The notes: generated from the letters alone by a model not told the origin. A stretch of DNA of 64,000 nt from Basidiobolus meristosporus CBS 931.73 (GCA_002104905.1 MCFE01000397.1:17806-81805), one strand, 5' to 3'; counted from the stretch's first letter, positions 48,735 through 62,592 are shown. A program made the numbers and translations.

Positions 48735-51700
48735 TAGGTAGGATGAAGCATTTAATCACTGCTGTTGATGATAATACAAGATACATGTGGGTCTACTTCA
48801 TGGAGAGAAAGGAAGAAGCTCTGTCTAAGTTGAGGGAACTCAAAGCCAGGGTAGAGAGAGAAACTGATGAAAAAATCAACAAAATATGCTCTGACAACTG
48901 TGGAGATATATACTCAGAACCCTTCATCCACTTCTGCAAAGTTCATGGGATAAAGCACCAGACTACTGTACTCTACTCCCCTCAGCAAATGGAGTAGCAG
49001 AATGTGCAAACTGCTCAGTAATAGATATGGCAAGATCTATGATCCATGTTCAAGAATTATCCTATGATATCTGGGTGGAATGAGTTGCCACAGCTGTATA
49101 CCTCAAAAATAGGAGCTATAACAGAATACTTTGCAATTCTACTCCATTTGCAGCATGGTATGGTTACAGACCAAGTGCAGAACATCTAAGAATATTTGGG
49201 TGTAGAGCAATTGCTAGGAAACTGCACTGAAACCAGTCAAAATTTGAGCCAAAAAGTGTAAGATGCATATTCTTGGATTACTGCAATGAGAGTGAAGCAT
49301 ACAGACTCTACAGTACCAAAGCAAAGAAGCTAATCAAGTCCAGGGATGTGTTGTCTGATGAGAATTCAGAATTTTCACAAAAATTGACATCATATGATGA
49401 CAAAAATCTGACCTGAATTCCACCAATTATCAGGATTGAATCAGAGAAAAACAATGAAAATTTTCTCACTCCAGTGAGCTCTACAACCATGGTTCAGCCT
49501 GAAGCAGTGCCTAGGAATATTGCACAAGTGAATACTCCTGTATCAAATGCCCAGAGATCCAACCAGACAAGAAATAGTCCAAATTACCATATCAATGAGG
49601 GCACCAACATAGCCTATGCCAGTTCAGTCCATATTGATGAGCTCCAGACTGTAATAGAGGCCCTAAATAGCCCTCAGACAAAGTTTTGGAGATCTGCAAT
49701 GACTGAGGAATATCAGGCCCTAATGGATAATCAAACTTGGGACTTAGTCAAATTACCAATTAACCAAATATAAATTAGATGCAGATGGGTATTCAAGACT
49801 AAATAGATGGCTGATGGTACAATTGAAAGATACAAAGCAAGACTTGTGTCCAAAGAATACTCTCAAATAAAAGGACTTGACTATACTGAGACCTTTGCAC
49901 CAGTAGCCAAGTTTAATTCCATCAGATTAATACTGTCTATTGCTGCCAAATTAAAGTATTCTCTACATCAAGTGGATGTAAAAACTGCATTCTTGAATGG
50001 AGGACTTGATGAGGATGTGTATATGGACCTGCTGGATGGGTTTGTTGACCAAGATAGTTCCCATATTGTCTGCAAGCTTAAAAGGTCCCTATGTGGACTC
50101 AAATAATCACCAAGAGCCTGGAATTGCAAAATAGATTCCTGTTAGGAATCTTTTGGTTTCAAAAGGAGTAGTGCTGACTATAGTATATACTATAAGCCCA
50201 ATAGAGCAAATCCCATTCTATTAGCTCTATATGTAGATGATCTTATTAAAGCTACTAATAACCTCAAAACATTGGAAGAGACTAAATCCAGACTATCTAA
50301 AGAGTTTAAGATGTCCAATCTAGGAGAACTCAGTTAATGCTTAGGGATAAAGTTCTCCATAGACAGAAGTATCCAGACATTACCCAAAGCCAATTCAAGG
50401 ATATTCAAGATATACTAAAGAAGTACCAAATGGAAGACTGTAAACCCGCAGCTACCCCAATGGAGGCAAATTATAACTTGGTCAAAACTCAACCAAATCA
50501 AGAGAGCTTGGTGCCATCTGCAAGCCCTGACTTTCCTTATCAATCTATGGTCATCAGTATGATGTATATCACGCTTGAAACATGTCCAGATATCTCATAC
50601 TCAGTGGGAGTTGTCAGCCAGCATAATCAGAACTATGGACCTGATCATACTGCAGCAGTTAAGTGGATTTTTAAATACCTAAAAGGAACTGCTGATATCT
50701 GCTTACAATATATTTATAAGGACTCAGAACAGGATCTTGTGGGATACTCTGATGCTGATTTGAGAGAAAATTTGGAAGACAGAAGATCCACAACACAATA
50801 CACCTTTCTTTGCTGTAAAGGAGCAATTTCATAGAATTCAAGAAAGCAACCAACCATAGCACTTTCTACCACAGAGGCAGAGTATATGGCAGCCTATGAG
50901 GCTACAAAAGAAGCAATGTGGTTAAGAAAGCTTTTTACAGACTTAGGCTTATGTCAAAGCACACCTATTACTTTATTTCAAGATAATCAAGGATGTATAC
51001 AATTAGGTAGAAGTCCAACATTTCATGCTAGAGCTAAGCCCATAGATATTAGACATCATTTCATATGTGAAGCTATAGAGAGCAACTTAGTTGGCTTAGC
51101 TTACTGTCCTACATATGAAATGATTGCAAATATATTTACCAAACTGTTAGCTAGAGACAAGCTTGAATATCTTAGGTTAAAGTTAGGACTAGTTAGTATG
51201 AACATTTAGCTGAGTAGGAGTGTTGTAAAAGTTTGTAAGTCCACATGAATGCTTGCCTAACTTATTCACAAAGATCATTACCATCAAATCCTAGAGAACA
51301 CTCATCAAACTCCTTGTTGGGATTTAGTTGGCATATTTTCACCAAAATATCAGGTACCCAGAACATGAAAATTCTTAAAGTTGTTCAGACAGCTCCAAAC
51401 TTTGCACACATGTTCTTGGGACCTTTCTTAACCTATTCTATTTGTTTTTTTTTCCAAGACCATGTAAAAGTACAAATACTACTTTCACATTTAATAAATC
51501 AATAAGTGAAAACCACATAATCTACTTGATCTCCCAATCACTTCCAATATCTCCAAGACTCCTACAACTAGCAGGGCATTATATTTGGGACTCAATCTGG
51601 CTAGCAATCCACCAGACACTCCAGGTGGTCCTATGATAAATCTCAAAGTTGGAATTCATTGGACTTTCAGCTACTATTTAGATGGTATTCAGATGGTACT

Positions 51701-52886
51701 TAAAGGTATTCAGCCAGTGTTTCTGCATTGTATTTTCAGTTGCAATTTTTGGTGGAAGTAATGAGTGGCCAATTACCAAATTTTGCATGGATGCCAGTTA
51801 GCCTAGTCTCCCCTTGGAAAGGATGTCTGCATGACAGCTGTGAAGCTAGCACCTGAGATATTCAGAGTGATCGCTTTTGGGAAAGTTGGAGTTCAGCTGA
51901 TATGATGATGGTGTTCTGCCGGCCTTTTCTTAGTTTCTATTCATAGGGTGGAAGCTAGCAGCAGCCTTGATGGAGACAAGCCTCCACTTTGACAAAAATC
52001 AACCAGATCCAAAAAGGATGGTGCCACCTGAAAGCTTGGATGTTCATGATCAGTGTGTGATTGGTGGTCCGATGTGCATCATGCTTGGAATCTGTCCCAA
52101 TACTTCATATTCAGTAGCAGCCAGTGAGGCGGATAGGGCAGATTTCCAGGCGTACTAGAGGTTCCACAGAGCAGGTCATACCAAGTCCCAGGCCGCTCAC
52201 CTCCAAAATGACCGATCATCCAGCCAAGATAGTGGACCCCTTACCAGGGGGCTACTGTTGATATCACCACGAGAGGGGCGATCCATACCGGTGGTGGACA
52301 AATCCGCGTCCCATGCCAGGGGACTATCATTGATCATGGGGCCCGCCCATCCCCCTCTCAACCACAAACCCCTCCCCCCCCCCCCGCCAAATCCAACGAC
52401 GATCAGCAGTGGGATAGCCCAGAGTATGCATGGATCATATGTAGGACGAGCTTACCCGGACACTACATGTCAGGATGCGCAGGTAGGTGCGGACTAGACA
52501 CCAAGACTCTAATCAACGGCCGAAAAGCACCGTCCGCATCAGGCCACCTCCGATTCATCCTTCCCCCCCTGACTCGCCGCAGGAGCCCCCAGGTGACCGG
52601 CCACCGGTTTGGCGGACATTCGTGGCCACGAGGACCCAACAAGATATCATCCGGTCAAACGGATCATGACGCGGTTCGCATTCAGTGGTCCACGCCGACC
52701 AGCCCCGTGGCCAATACTTCCGTGGGTCATACGAAAGTGGTGTGCGGTGGGACCAATGGAAAACCCCCCGGATGGGATGAATAAGCCACCGGAGTGAGTG
52801 AGTGAGAGGGGGGGAGGGTAGAGAGACCCATGACATCATTGGGAAGGGAAGAGATCCGAGTTCACCTTTGGCCATGGAAGGAAAGA

Positions 52887-52892
52887 TTTATT
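52887..52892 (-). terminator. Probable polyadenylation signal AATAAA of Rab11
   Basis: ~160 nt past the stop codon, preceded by a U-rich run on the minus strand. Confidence 0.45.
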
Positions 52893-53048
52893 AAAAAAAA
52901 GCGGTTGGCTAATGCCAAGCGGGGAAAACACACGGTCGGTAACGTACCGTAACGAAACGTAGAGAAAGCAACAAAGTAGGGAGGGTGGTGAAGGTGAGGA
53001 TCAAGGTCAGGGTCAGGGTCAGGGTCCGGGTGAAGGTGAGAGATTGAT

Positions 53049-54025
<977 letters not shown>

Positions 54026-54505
54026 GTTGGAAAAAGTAAGAAAATAACCAGTCGACTCAGTGTTTATCTAACACAGTGACCATAATTCTACCATAATTGA
54101 TGGGACCCAATCACTGAGGTGTACGCGTTTAGTAATCACGATTCCATGACCAGGATCTAAAGAACGGTAAATGAATGGCGGGTTTGTTATGGACTAATTA
54201 AATTGGATGATTTCTATTCATGTCATCGGTTCAAGTTGCTTGATAAATCACCGGACCAAGTTGCTTAAATCAAGTAATTCCTATTCAGCGAAGTTCTATT
54301 CTGATCATCCATTTATTCAAATGCCAGTGATGTTCTATGCAGCTATTCAGATGCACCAAAATTCAGCATAAATACTTGCTACCATGATCCGGACAATGGT
54401 GCAACAAGGCTATTTAATTGTGGGTAATGCTTCGTCGGGAAGATAAGGTTAGTTGGGGAGGCGGGAGCAGTGGTGGTGACAAAAGGAAATGATCGATGCT
54501 ATTCC

Positions 54506-56002
54506 TTAGAAACCAAGTTTACTGGCCACGCTTGATCCCAAGTTGGAGACTAGCGATGATCCCCAACTAGAGCCACTTGACCCCGATGTATCGGAACTGT
54601 ATGGATCACTCGAGCTACTAGAGCTCGACTTGTCCGAACCGTACTTGCTAGACCCAGTCTTGCTGGAGCCGGAACTACCGCTGCTTGAGCTACTGCTGGA
54701 ACTGCTATAATCATAGGGATCGCTAGATGAGCTAGATTTCTTGCTACTATGGCCGCCAGATGCACCAGAGCCTGAGCTGCTGCTAGAACCACTATAATCA
54801 TATGGATCATATGATGAGCTAGATTTCTTGCTGCTGTTGCTACCAGATGACCCGGAGCCTGAGCTAGAAGATGAACCGTAATCGCCACTGCTGCTAGAGC
54901 CATAGGGGTCTGACGACTTGCTATCATATCCAGAGCTCGAAGAACTTGAGCTCGAGCCACTACTACTGCTGCTAGAGCCGTAAGGGTCTGAAGACTTCTT
55001 GCTGGAGCCGGAGCCGGAGCCAGAGCCAGAGCCGGAGCCTCCCCAAAGACTAGAGAGGTAGCCACCGCTGCTAGATTTCTTTTTGGAACTTCCAGTACCA
55101 CTGGTCGAGTCCGTAGAGTCACCACCAGAGCCTCCCCAAAGACTAGAGAGGTAACCGCCGCTTGATTTGTCTTTGGAGCTACCATAGCTTGAGGAGCCAC
55201 TGGAGCTGCTACTGCTAGAGTCACCAGATCCTCCAAAGAGGCTAGAGAAGTAACCACCCGATTTCCCGGAAGCAGAGCTCGAGCTGGAGCTGGAACTACC
55301 TGAATCACCGGCATAGGTGGATGCACTAGAACCGCTGCTTGAGGACGATCCACTCTTTTTACCTTTTTTATGTTTCCCATAAGAGGAATAGGTGTCACCA
55401 TAGCTATCGTAGGAGTAGGGGTCTTTCGATGCCGAATCACCAAACAAAGACGAGCCGGTGGATTTCTTGGTGGATTTCGAGTCGTCTGCCTTGCAATCAC
55501 CGTCACCGTCACAATCGTCCTTGAGATCCTTCTTTGGCAGGCCTTTCTTGCCGTCATCGTAGCCTTTGGTGTACCACTTCTTACGGGAAGCCCTCAACCC
55601 CTCCTTGTACCCATTATCCCATTCATTGTCGTCTTCGCAGTCGGACCCGCCGGATTCCGACCCGGAGTCATCCCCGGAGTCGCAATCCTCTTCGTCCGAA
55701 CTCGCGCTGTCACTGTCATCCTCGCAACCGCTGTCACAGGCCACCTTCTTCTTTTCGTAAGACTTGTGCTTCTCAACCGTCTTGGAACCGAGACCGGCGA
55801 CTGCAGTGGTGCTGGTGCTGGAGCCAGACCCGCCATAACCAGAGGTGGAGGCAGCACTGGAGGAAGCGCTGGTGCCCACTGCATCCCCAGATTTGGTGGA
55901 ACCATAGGAATCATTCAAGTATTCCGAAGGTACGGGCATGGCCACATTGGTAGAGATAAGGCACAGCAGGATCAAAGCAGCAGGAATCGATTTGTACATC
56001 AT
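54506..56002 (-). CDS. Single-exon secreted Ser/Gly/Tyr-rich repeat protein (~498 aa), function unknown
   Basis: Signal-peptide-like MMYKSIPAALILLCLISTNVA; acidic Cys patch; repeated GGYLSSLWGGSG and SSDPY units; TATA-like TATAAAA upstream (~56128-56134). Confidence 0.85.
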   Translation of the reverse strand: MMYKSIPAALILLCLISTNVAMPVPSEYLNDSYGSTKSGDAVGTSASSSAASTSGYGGSGSSTSTTAVAGLGSKTVEKHKSYEKKKVACDSGCEDDSDSASSDEEDCDSGDDSGSESGGSDCEDDNEWDNGYKEGLRASRKKWYTKGYDDGKKGLPKKDLKDDCDGDGDCKADDSKSTKKSTGSSLFGDSASKDPYSYDSYGDTYSSYGKHKKGKKSGSSSSSGSSASTYAGDSGSSSSSSSSASGKSGGYFSSLFGGSGDSSSSSSSGSSSYGSSKDKSSGGYLSSLWGGSGGDSTDSTSGTGSSKKKSSSGGYLSSLWGGSGSGSGSGSGSSKKSSDPYGSSSSSSGSSSSSSSSGYDSKSSDPYGSSSSGDYGSSSSSGSGSSGSNSSKKSSSSYDPYDYSGSSSSSGSGASGGHSSKKSSSSSDPYDYSSSSSSSSSGSSGSSKTGSSKYGSDKSSSSSSSDPYSSDTSGSSGSSWGSSLVSNLGSSVASKLGF

Positions 56003-56424
56003 AAATAGCAATCTCGCAGCGAACGAATACTGATGGATTTATGCGGGTTGGGCGGGGTTGGCTCGGACGAGGAAGGCCGAATGGGAAATGGGTGGTTGGG
56101 TGAGCATCCACTCTGTGACAGGGCGGCCTTTTATAGTGGGCGGCGTCCTCATCATGAAACACCGAGTCCCTTCTCCTGACTCATGATGTATGCGCGCATG
56201 CATCAAACTCTGACAGCGTTTGCACGTTGTTTGATTATCACCGTTGCGATGCCAATCCACCTGTTGTCATGGAGTGTTCAGACAGAGTTTGAAGCCCTCA
56301 CAGATCGGATTCATAATATGCGCGTACTGACTTCAAGTAGCAAAGATGATTTATTTGGATGTTGCACACTGGTTAGCCATCTGGGAGGGATGGGTTGGCA
56401 CCGCTCCCAAGAGAAGGGGGATGC

Positions 56425-58144
56425 TCAGATAAATGGCTCAGGGATGATCTGGTAGAGGAAGGCCGTCACCACCACCACCAACGCAATGAAGATCGCTACG
56501 TTGATGTCAAACAAAGGGCCTGGAGGAGATGAGATGCGGGGGTGAGTTGTGTGGGTCGATTGAGCATGGATCACTGAACCTATTACCTGCGGGCCATTTG
56601 TCTGGGATCTCGATCACTCGACATGTGTTGTCCACTGATCCACTGACCAGAAGTGTTGAGTCGCGGTTGAAGCTGAGACTGGTCACAGGAAACCCGTGGG
56701 CCGAGGGTATAATCTTCAAGGTCTGTGGGAGAAAGGTTCGTGACTGGTCAAGAGGCTACGACGCGAGACGGTACTTACCCTCAATGAATTAGCATCCAGG
56801 ATGATGATCGACATGTCCGATGTGCCAAAGGCCAGCAGCTTCCCATCATCGCTAGCAGTAATCAGGTTAATTTCCTGGCCAACCAGTGCGACGACCAAAC
56901 CCTTACCTGATACAAAATGAGGTGACAGGCTTGCGGCTGACAGGGCAATTGCCAAGTCTGTCCCATGAGTGGGTGTCCCACTTGGTAATGAAGGCCCGAT
57001 CGCGGGATTTGGTGTTGACCACGGAATAGAGGAAGCCCTTCGTTTCCTTCTTGCCGAACCTGACCCGTCCGGTATTAGTTGGCGTAGTGGGGAGTATCCG
57101 GGCTGCGCTAGGCTTACCTGCAGGCTCGAAATATGCATGTGTTCGACTTGTTCAGTACTGGATTCTCAATGGTTTGGACAATCGATCCGTTGTTGGTGGA
57201 CAGGACTCGAAGCTCGCCCTCTGTGATGAGCGCGATCTAGCAAAGCGATTAGATGATCCAGGTCGAAAATGGGTTTCCCGTTGGCGAGTAGATACCTGCT
57301 TGCCGGTCGAGTCAAAATCCGCATCAAGGATTTCTTTTTCGTCCCAGTTGACCGGGTCGAATGCGTACTTCATGGATGGGTACTTCAAAAGGGTGATCTA
57401 GAACACGGAGAACTGAGTGTATGTCACAGGTCAACGTATCGGTGGCTTGAAATACCTCGCCATTTGTAGTACAGCTGAGAATCAAATTTCCCTCGGGGCT
57501 AAATCGAACCACTTTCTAATGAAACCTATGAACGTGATGGTCGCATACAAGAGGTAATGCTTCATGCCTACTTGATAGTGGTCAGGGCTCTTGGCTTTTA
57601 GAGTTTGAGCGGAGGTTTTGACTTCGATTCTGTCGGCAGAGTTAGTCTCGCATACACAATCGGAGCATTGCCCAGGGCGGAATACTCACTTGTCGTGGTC
57701 GTAAGCGAAAACGCGACAATTCGTATTCTTTCCTGCCTTGATCTTCTCCTCGGAACTGTTGATACCGCAGACCAGGATTTCTTTCTGGAACAGGTAGAAA
57801 CATAAGCACTCAATCCGCAGAAGTCTGCACGAAAAGTTCGCCTCTACCTTGGGGTGAACCGAGAGACACATAGGGGCATCTTCCTCTTTCTCAAGAATAG
57901 CTTCCTGTGCTAACTTGAACTTTTTATCCTTCAGATCTATATCATACATGGACTTGGGTGCACGGTTAGCCTCGTCCCTGCTCACCACACTTATGCCTAA
58001 GGGCTATGGACGTACGATTTTATTTTGCACCCCAGTTCTACCAGCTCCACCACCACCGGCAGCGATCAACTTATCGTCCTGGGAGAAGGACACAGCGTAG
58101 ATTGGAAACCCTATGGAGGAAACGAAAGAGTTGGTTTGAACCAT
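56425..58144 (-). CDS. SEC12: Sec12/PREB, Sar1 guanine-nucleotide exchange factor (WD beta-propeller plus C-terminal TM), multi-exon
   Basis: N-terminus GFPIYAVSF..IAAGGGGAGRTGVQNKI (K-loop GGGGxxxxGxxN), AHGFPVTSLSF..LVSGSVDNTCRV and a hydrophobic tail VAIFIALVVVVTAFLY. Confidence 0.88.
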
Positions 58145-58666
58145 TGAACGAGGCCAACGTTGTGTGTGAAAGGGATACAAGCGTAGAAACCACCGAAAAG
58201 GGGCAAAAAATGGCTAAAATGGGTCAGCTTTCATTCATTCATGCTTATATGTTTATCAATCTTCTGGGTAATTTAGCCGGCGGTTGCATCCAGTGGATCC
58301 GTGAATCGGTATTCGCTACCCATTTGACGGGAAGTGGATCTCGATTGGTCTTTCGTTTCGCCATTCATTTCCCACTGTTGAACTGGTGTAGTAAGCTTGG
58401 TGCAACAACCTTGGCTATCAGGTGGAAACGAGGGCAGGGTTGGAGATGGTTAAAGGAAGAAGTCGGTGCAAAACCTCTAACATTTATTAAGGAACTGCTA
58501 ATAGTGCACTAGTATAAATAGAGGGAGGGTATTTTAAGAGGAGGCTAGAAGAACAAGCCACTGCACAACACTACACCACGCACTGAAACAGTACCGCACT
58601 CTTTACAAACACCACTGGTTATCGCGCGTAAAACCTCGGCCATAGCTTACTTCTGATGGGGCTACT

Positions 58667-61600
58667 CTAATTGGTCAGTGAGCTAGGGAAGCCACTAAAC
58701 TCCGCAACTTCTTCCACCTGGTGGCCATCGCCGGCTTGGAAGCTGATCTTCATTCTCAACCGAATTGGGGTCTTGGATGGACATGGGGTGGTATTTTGGT
58801 TACTTCGCTGCATCAATTTGAACGTGTGGACGTCTTCTTACCTGTTGTGGATTAGCTACTCTCATCAACTGCACAGCGGACTCTCCGACCGAGATAGCGG
58901 TCGACGAGGGTGGTTGCATTTGCAGCCGTTGGGTCTACATTGACAATTTTCCATTTGGTTATAAACCCGAGTTCAGGTGCGAGCCTTCTCCATCAAAATA
59001 CCTTGGGCACAGCCACTTGGAAGGCTAGATCCTCGATAGCAAGCTCCTCGCTGGTGTTAACAAAGTTGATCTTGATGTTGATGATCTTGGGGTTCTGAGA
59101 ATCTTTGGCAGCATCCATTTCGATGCGAAGCCCATTCTTGTTGTATGCGATACAGGTGTCTATCGAAGAGATCGGCTCAGGTTAGAAGCATGTTGGATGG
59201 GAACTCTTTTGGTCTCATACCATTATCCAATGAGGGCGAAATAGGGTTAGAAGCTGGGGCAGCAGGAGACCCGCTCAATCTCGGGCTTAGTGTGGATTGA
59301 ACTCCGTTTGAATTGGCTGGGGATGAGGGTGTCTCACCGAGGAGATCGGCTAACCCATTTCCACTGGATGTGGATGCGGCGCCGTTAGGATTCGTAACAA
59401 GAGCAGGTGTAGATATGTTTGTGGACCCGAAGATGTCTGCAAGTAAGTCCACTGTTTTCGGCAGATTGGAAGTAGGTGCTGGCGAAGTAGGTGCATTGTC
59501 ACCGAGCAGGTCCAACAATAACTATCACAAAGGGAAGTTGCCCACGGTTAGCAGCATTTTGGGATTCTGAAGTTTCTTTGACTACTCACATCTCCCTCCT
59601 TGGGCTCCATGACGGCCCTCTTCTTGCTCTTGGACTTTTGGCGCTCAACTAAGCCATAAGCCGCGTGAATCTCTGGCTAGGTTCAATCAATTATATATGA
59701 CCTCTTACCAGGACTGGGCTCTCTCTCCCGGATCTCGGGGGCTGGCATCCGTTCGAAAACAGCGTTGCGGATTTCATCGTGTTTGAATAGGTTTTGATAC
59801 TCAACAGCTCTCTGCTGTACCTCAGCCTCCATGCTGGTGGAATACTTCCGAAGGTTGCTTTGAATCCGAGGGATCACACTAGGATCGTGGAAGCGGTCAG
59901 CCAACTTCATAAGAGAGGTGGTCATGTATTCTCTGAGGGTGCGGTTGGCATAGGGACTGTTCAGAAGAGTTTCGAACAAGTCGAGAATGTCCCCTTCGGT
60001 AACCTGTGATAACGTAGCATCAAACGATCAATAATGAAGACTCTACAAGCCGAAAGTAATTTACGTACTCTCAGCGCCTCTTCACCGTTTTCAGGCTCCT
60101 GATGTTGCACCAACACATCCCCAAACTCGCCGATACACCATACACCAGCGAGTACTAGTCCCTCCTAGAGAAACAAACAGCATTGTAAGGCACAAGCCGG
60201 AAGCAAGAGCATTTAACAACGTACCTGTGAGATGTCTGACTTCAATTCCACGAATAGTTTCTTGACGGTGTATGGCTGCAGCTCCGGTGTACGGCATACA
60301 AGCCCAATGAAGCTCGACACGATTTCCTCTCCTACATAATTACCGGCCTATAGAAGCGTCAATACAAATTGATGGCAACTGTATGCGCGGGAGCATCCAT
60401 ACCAATTTCAATACGCGCAACAAGGTGTCAATATGCCAGCGCTGGTTCGGGGCGTAGCTAGAAAGTAGCAGGACTAAGTCGCAAGAATATCAAGCAAGAT
60501 TTCTCCACTAAATGTATACCGATCAGCAGAGATACGGATCTTGGAGGCCAAGCTTTGCTTGAACTCGGTCTCAGCAACTTCCAAGAAGGAAAGCAGCTCC
60601 CGGATCATCACACGTACATTCGAGTCGTTAATCAAGGCGAACGAGAGCTCCAATGCTCGTCGACGAATGGAGATATCAGGATCCCGAAGACATTTCACCA
60701 CCGTCTCGCGATGCCGCTGAATGGCATTCATGTCCATGATGGCAGTTTTGTTCAATGTATTCAGCGCAACGTAACGGATGTTGTTGTCCCGGTTGGTGAG
60801 GAAACGCCCTAGAATGTTGATGGCAAGCACACGTAAACTACTATCCGAATCGGTCTCCATGATGGTGAGAACGGTTTCATAGAGGATGGAATTGCCGACG
60901 TTTTTGGCCGAATCCGTGCTAGTGGCCACTTGTGTCAAGATATCATTCATGGACTCCACAGCATCCGGGTTGTCTTCGCCCAAGATTCGCAGTAACCTAA
61001 GGATCTTCACCTGGAGGAAAGGATCCGTAAGACCACCAACATCGTGTTCAGGGGAGAATCCAGATGTCGCCAGCGTACGCAAGCGACTGACCAGCGTAGG
61101 AACAATCTAAAGAGAGAGGCATTAGGATACCAGGCGAAACACAGGCTGTAGTTCATGGGCACATACACTGCTCAACGAGGAGACGTTTTCGGGGTTTTGG
61201 GTGCACAGCTCGATCATGAGGGTGATTCCAGTGAGCATGACTCCGTGATTTTTATCAGCGATGAGAGACTTCGCCCTTAACACAAATGTTTCCTCCAGCT
61301 CTGGGGCTTTTCTGATAAGACGAATCGCACACAAGGCCGCCTGGTGAAAACTTCTAATCAGCACAACCCCACCAACCCCATAACATACTCCATCCACCAA
61401 CCTTTCTGCGTAAGTAAGCATTAGGATTTTCCATGAGTCTTTCCACCTCGTCAACCAAGTCTTTGGCCACGTCTTCGGATGCAATATTTCCTAGCGTACA
61501 CAGAGCGAGACCAACGATGTGCATGTTGCTGTGGTTCAAATCACTATTACGAATGAAGCATAACAACTAAATCGAGCTATGATGATAACCAACGCAAAGA

Positions 61601-62003
61601 CTCGCAACAACCATAAGGATACTTCTTCAAGGAGTTAGTGAGCAGTGTTAAGACCTCCTGATTCTCATCTAACAAAAGCATGGTTCCAAGATATCCGAGA
61701 CGCTTATCGCCGAAATGAGGGGAAGCGACCAATTTCAGGCAATCAATCTGGCCAAAATGGGCCGGGTAGCCTAGCATGTGGATGTAAAGTAACTTGGAAA
61801 CATTGTGGTATCTCGTTTCACTGTTCTCCTCACGGAATGCGGTACGAATGGCGGCGGATTCTTTTTGAATGACCGCTCTTTCGTCGGCGGCGGTTTTGGT
61901 GCGACGAATAGCTCGAATGAGATCTACAACCAGATGAATGTTATTGAGAGGCGAGGCCCAGTGCAGGGTTCGGGAGCCTACCTTTCAAACGAAAATAGAC
62001 CAT
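58667..62003 (-). CDS. APL4: AP-1 complex gamma-adaptin, multi-exon
   Basis: [49 protein letters not shown]; [13 protein letters not shown]; [13 protein letters not shown]; hinge with DLLGD/DIFG motifs; ear domain ending [11 protein letters not shown]. Confidence 0.93.
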
Positions 62004-62592
62004 TTTAAAGGAGTTCTTTAGGCCGGAAGTGAAATGGTACCTATAACACCTGCGTCTTAGATGTGCTTTCCGCTCGGTTGCCTGTTTTGAGTAGAAAGCA
62101 AGAAAACGGAAAGTTGTCTATTTTCCTTGATAGCATTAATCCAATGATAAGTTATTTGTGATGTAATGCCAGCCTGTGGGATGGAGCGATCGTGGATATG
62201 TGTGAGCTAAATAGAATTCGTTGGTTTATTCAAGGATTTGTTGTCTAAACCGCCCCATTAAATCATGTGATGTGTATGCGAACGGAGCAAATGAAAATCC
62301 AATCTAAATAATTAAAGAGCTGAACGTATGCATCAACCCTGGGCAAAAAGTCAAGGGAAGGGAGGGGAAGAGATTAAAGCAAAGGGAATATAAGTTATGG
62401 ATAGCGACGACAGAGAATAGATTGCTAAGCCAAACGGGAAAGCATTAAGGAGAATAGTGGCGGCATTAATGAAGCCTCTTGTACTGATCAGCGGTGGAGA
62501 ATAAGAACCTCTCCATGGGCAATCCGGGATTTTGTTGGTGCATCAAGGATTGTGGGAACTCTAACGCTGGTGCGCGGTGCGCGGTGCTGGCT

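Larger units (their letters stand above)
45605..51569 (+). mobile_element. Near-full-length decayed Copia C2 copy c
   Basis: 5' LTR ~45605-46689 (contains the foldback insert), PBS GGTTATGAGCCC at 46690, gag MSTNAVTGIFPS, IN/RT/RH fragments, 3' LTR 51221-51569. Confidence 0.82.

Noticed and set aside
52292-52330. Intact tRNA gene
   Set aside because: No D-arm or T-arm and no clear B box; kept only as tRNA-related complementarity.
52160-52420. SRP RNA (GAGCAGGTCA and GATCAGCAGTGGGAT resemble human 7SL)
   Set aside because: No GNRA-capped helix 8, and the spacing of the two matches is wrong.
53004-53030. (GGTCAG)n and (GGACAG)n runs in the Rab11 3' UTR and intron as functional elements
   Set aside because: Simple hexamer microsatellites with no further support.
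54550-56008. Overlapping ORFs 54550-55557, 55370-56008, 55534-55953 and 55594-55914
   Set aside because: Shadow frames of the Ser/Gly low-complexity gene.
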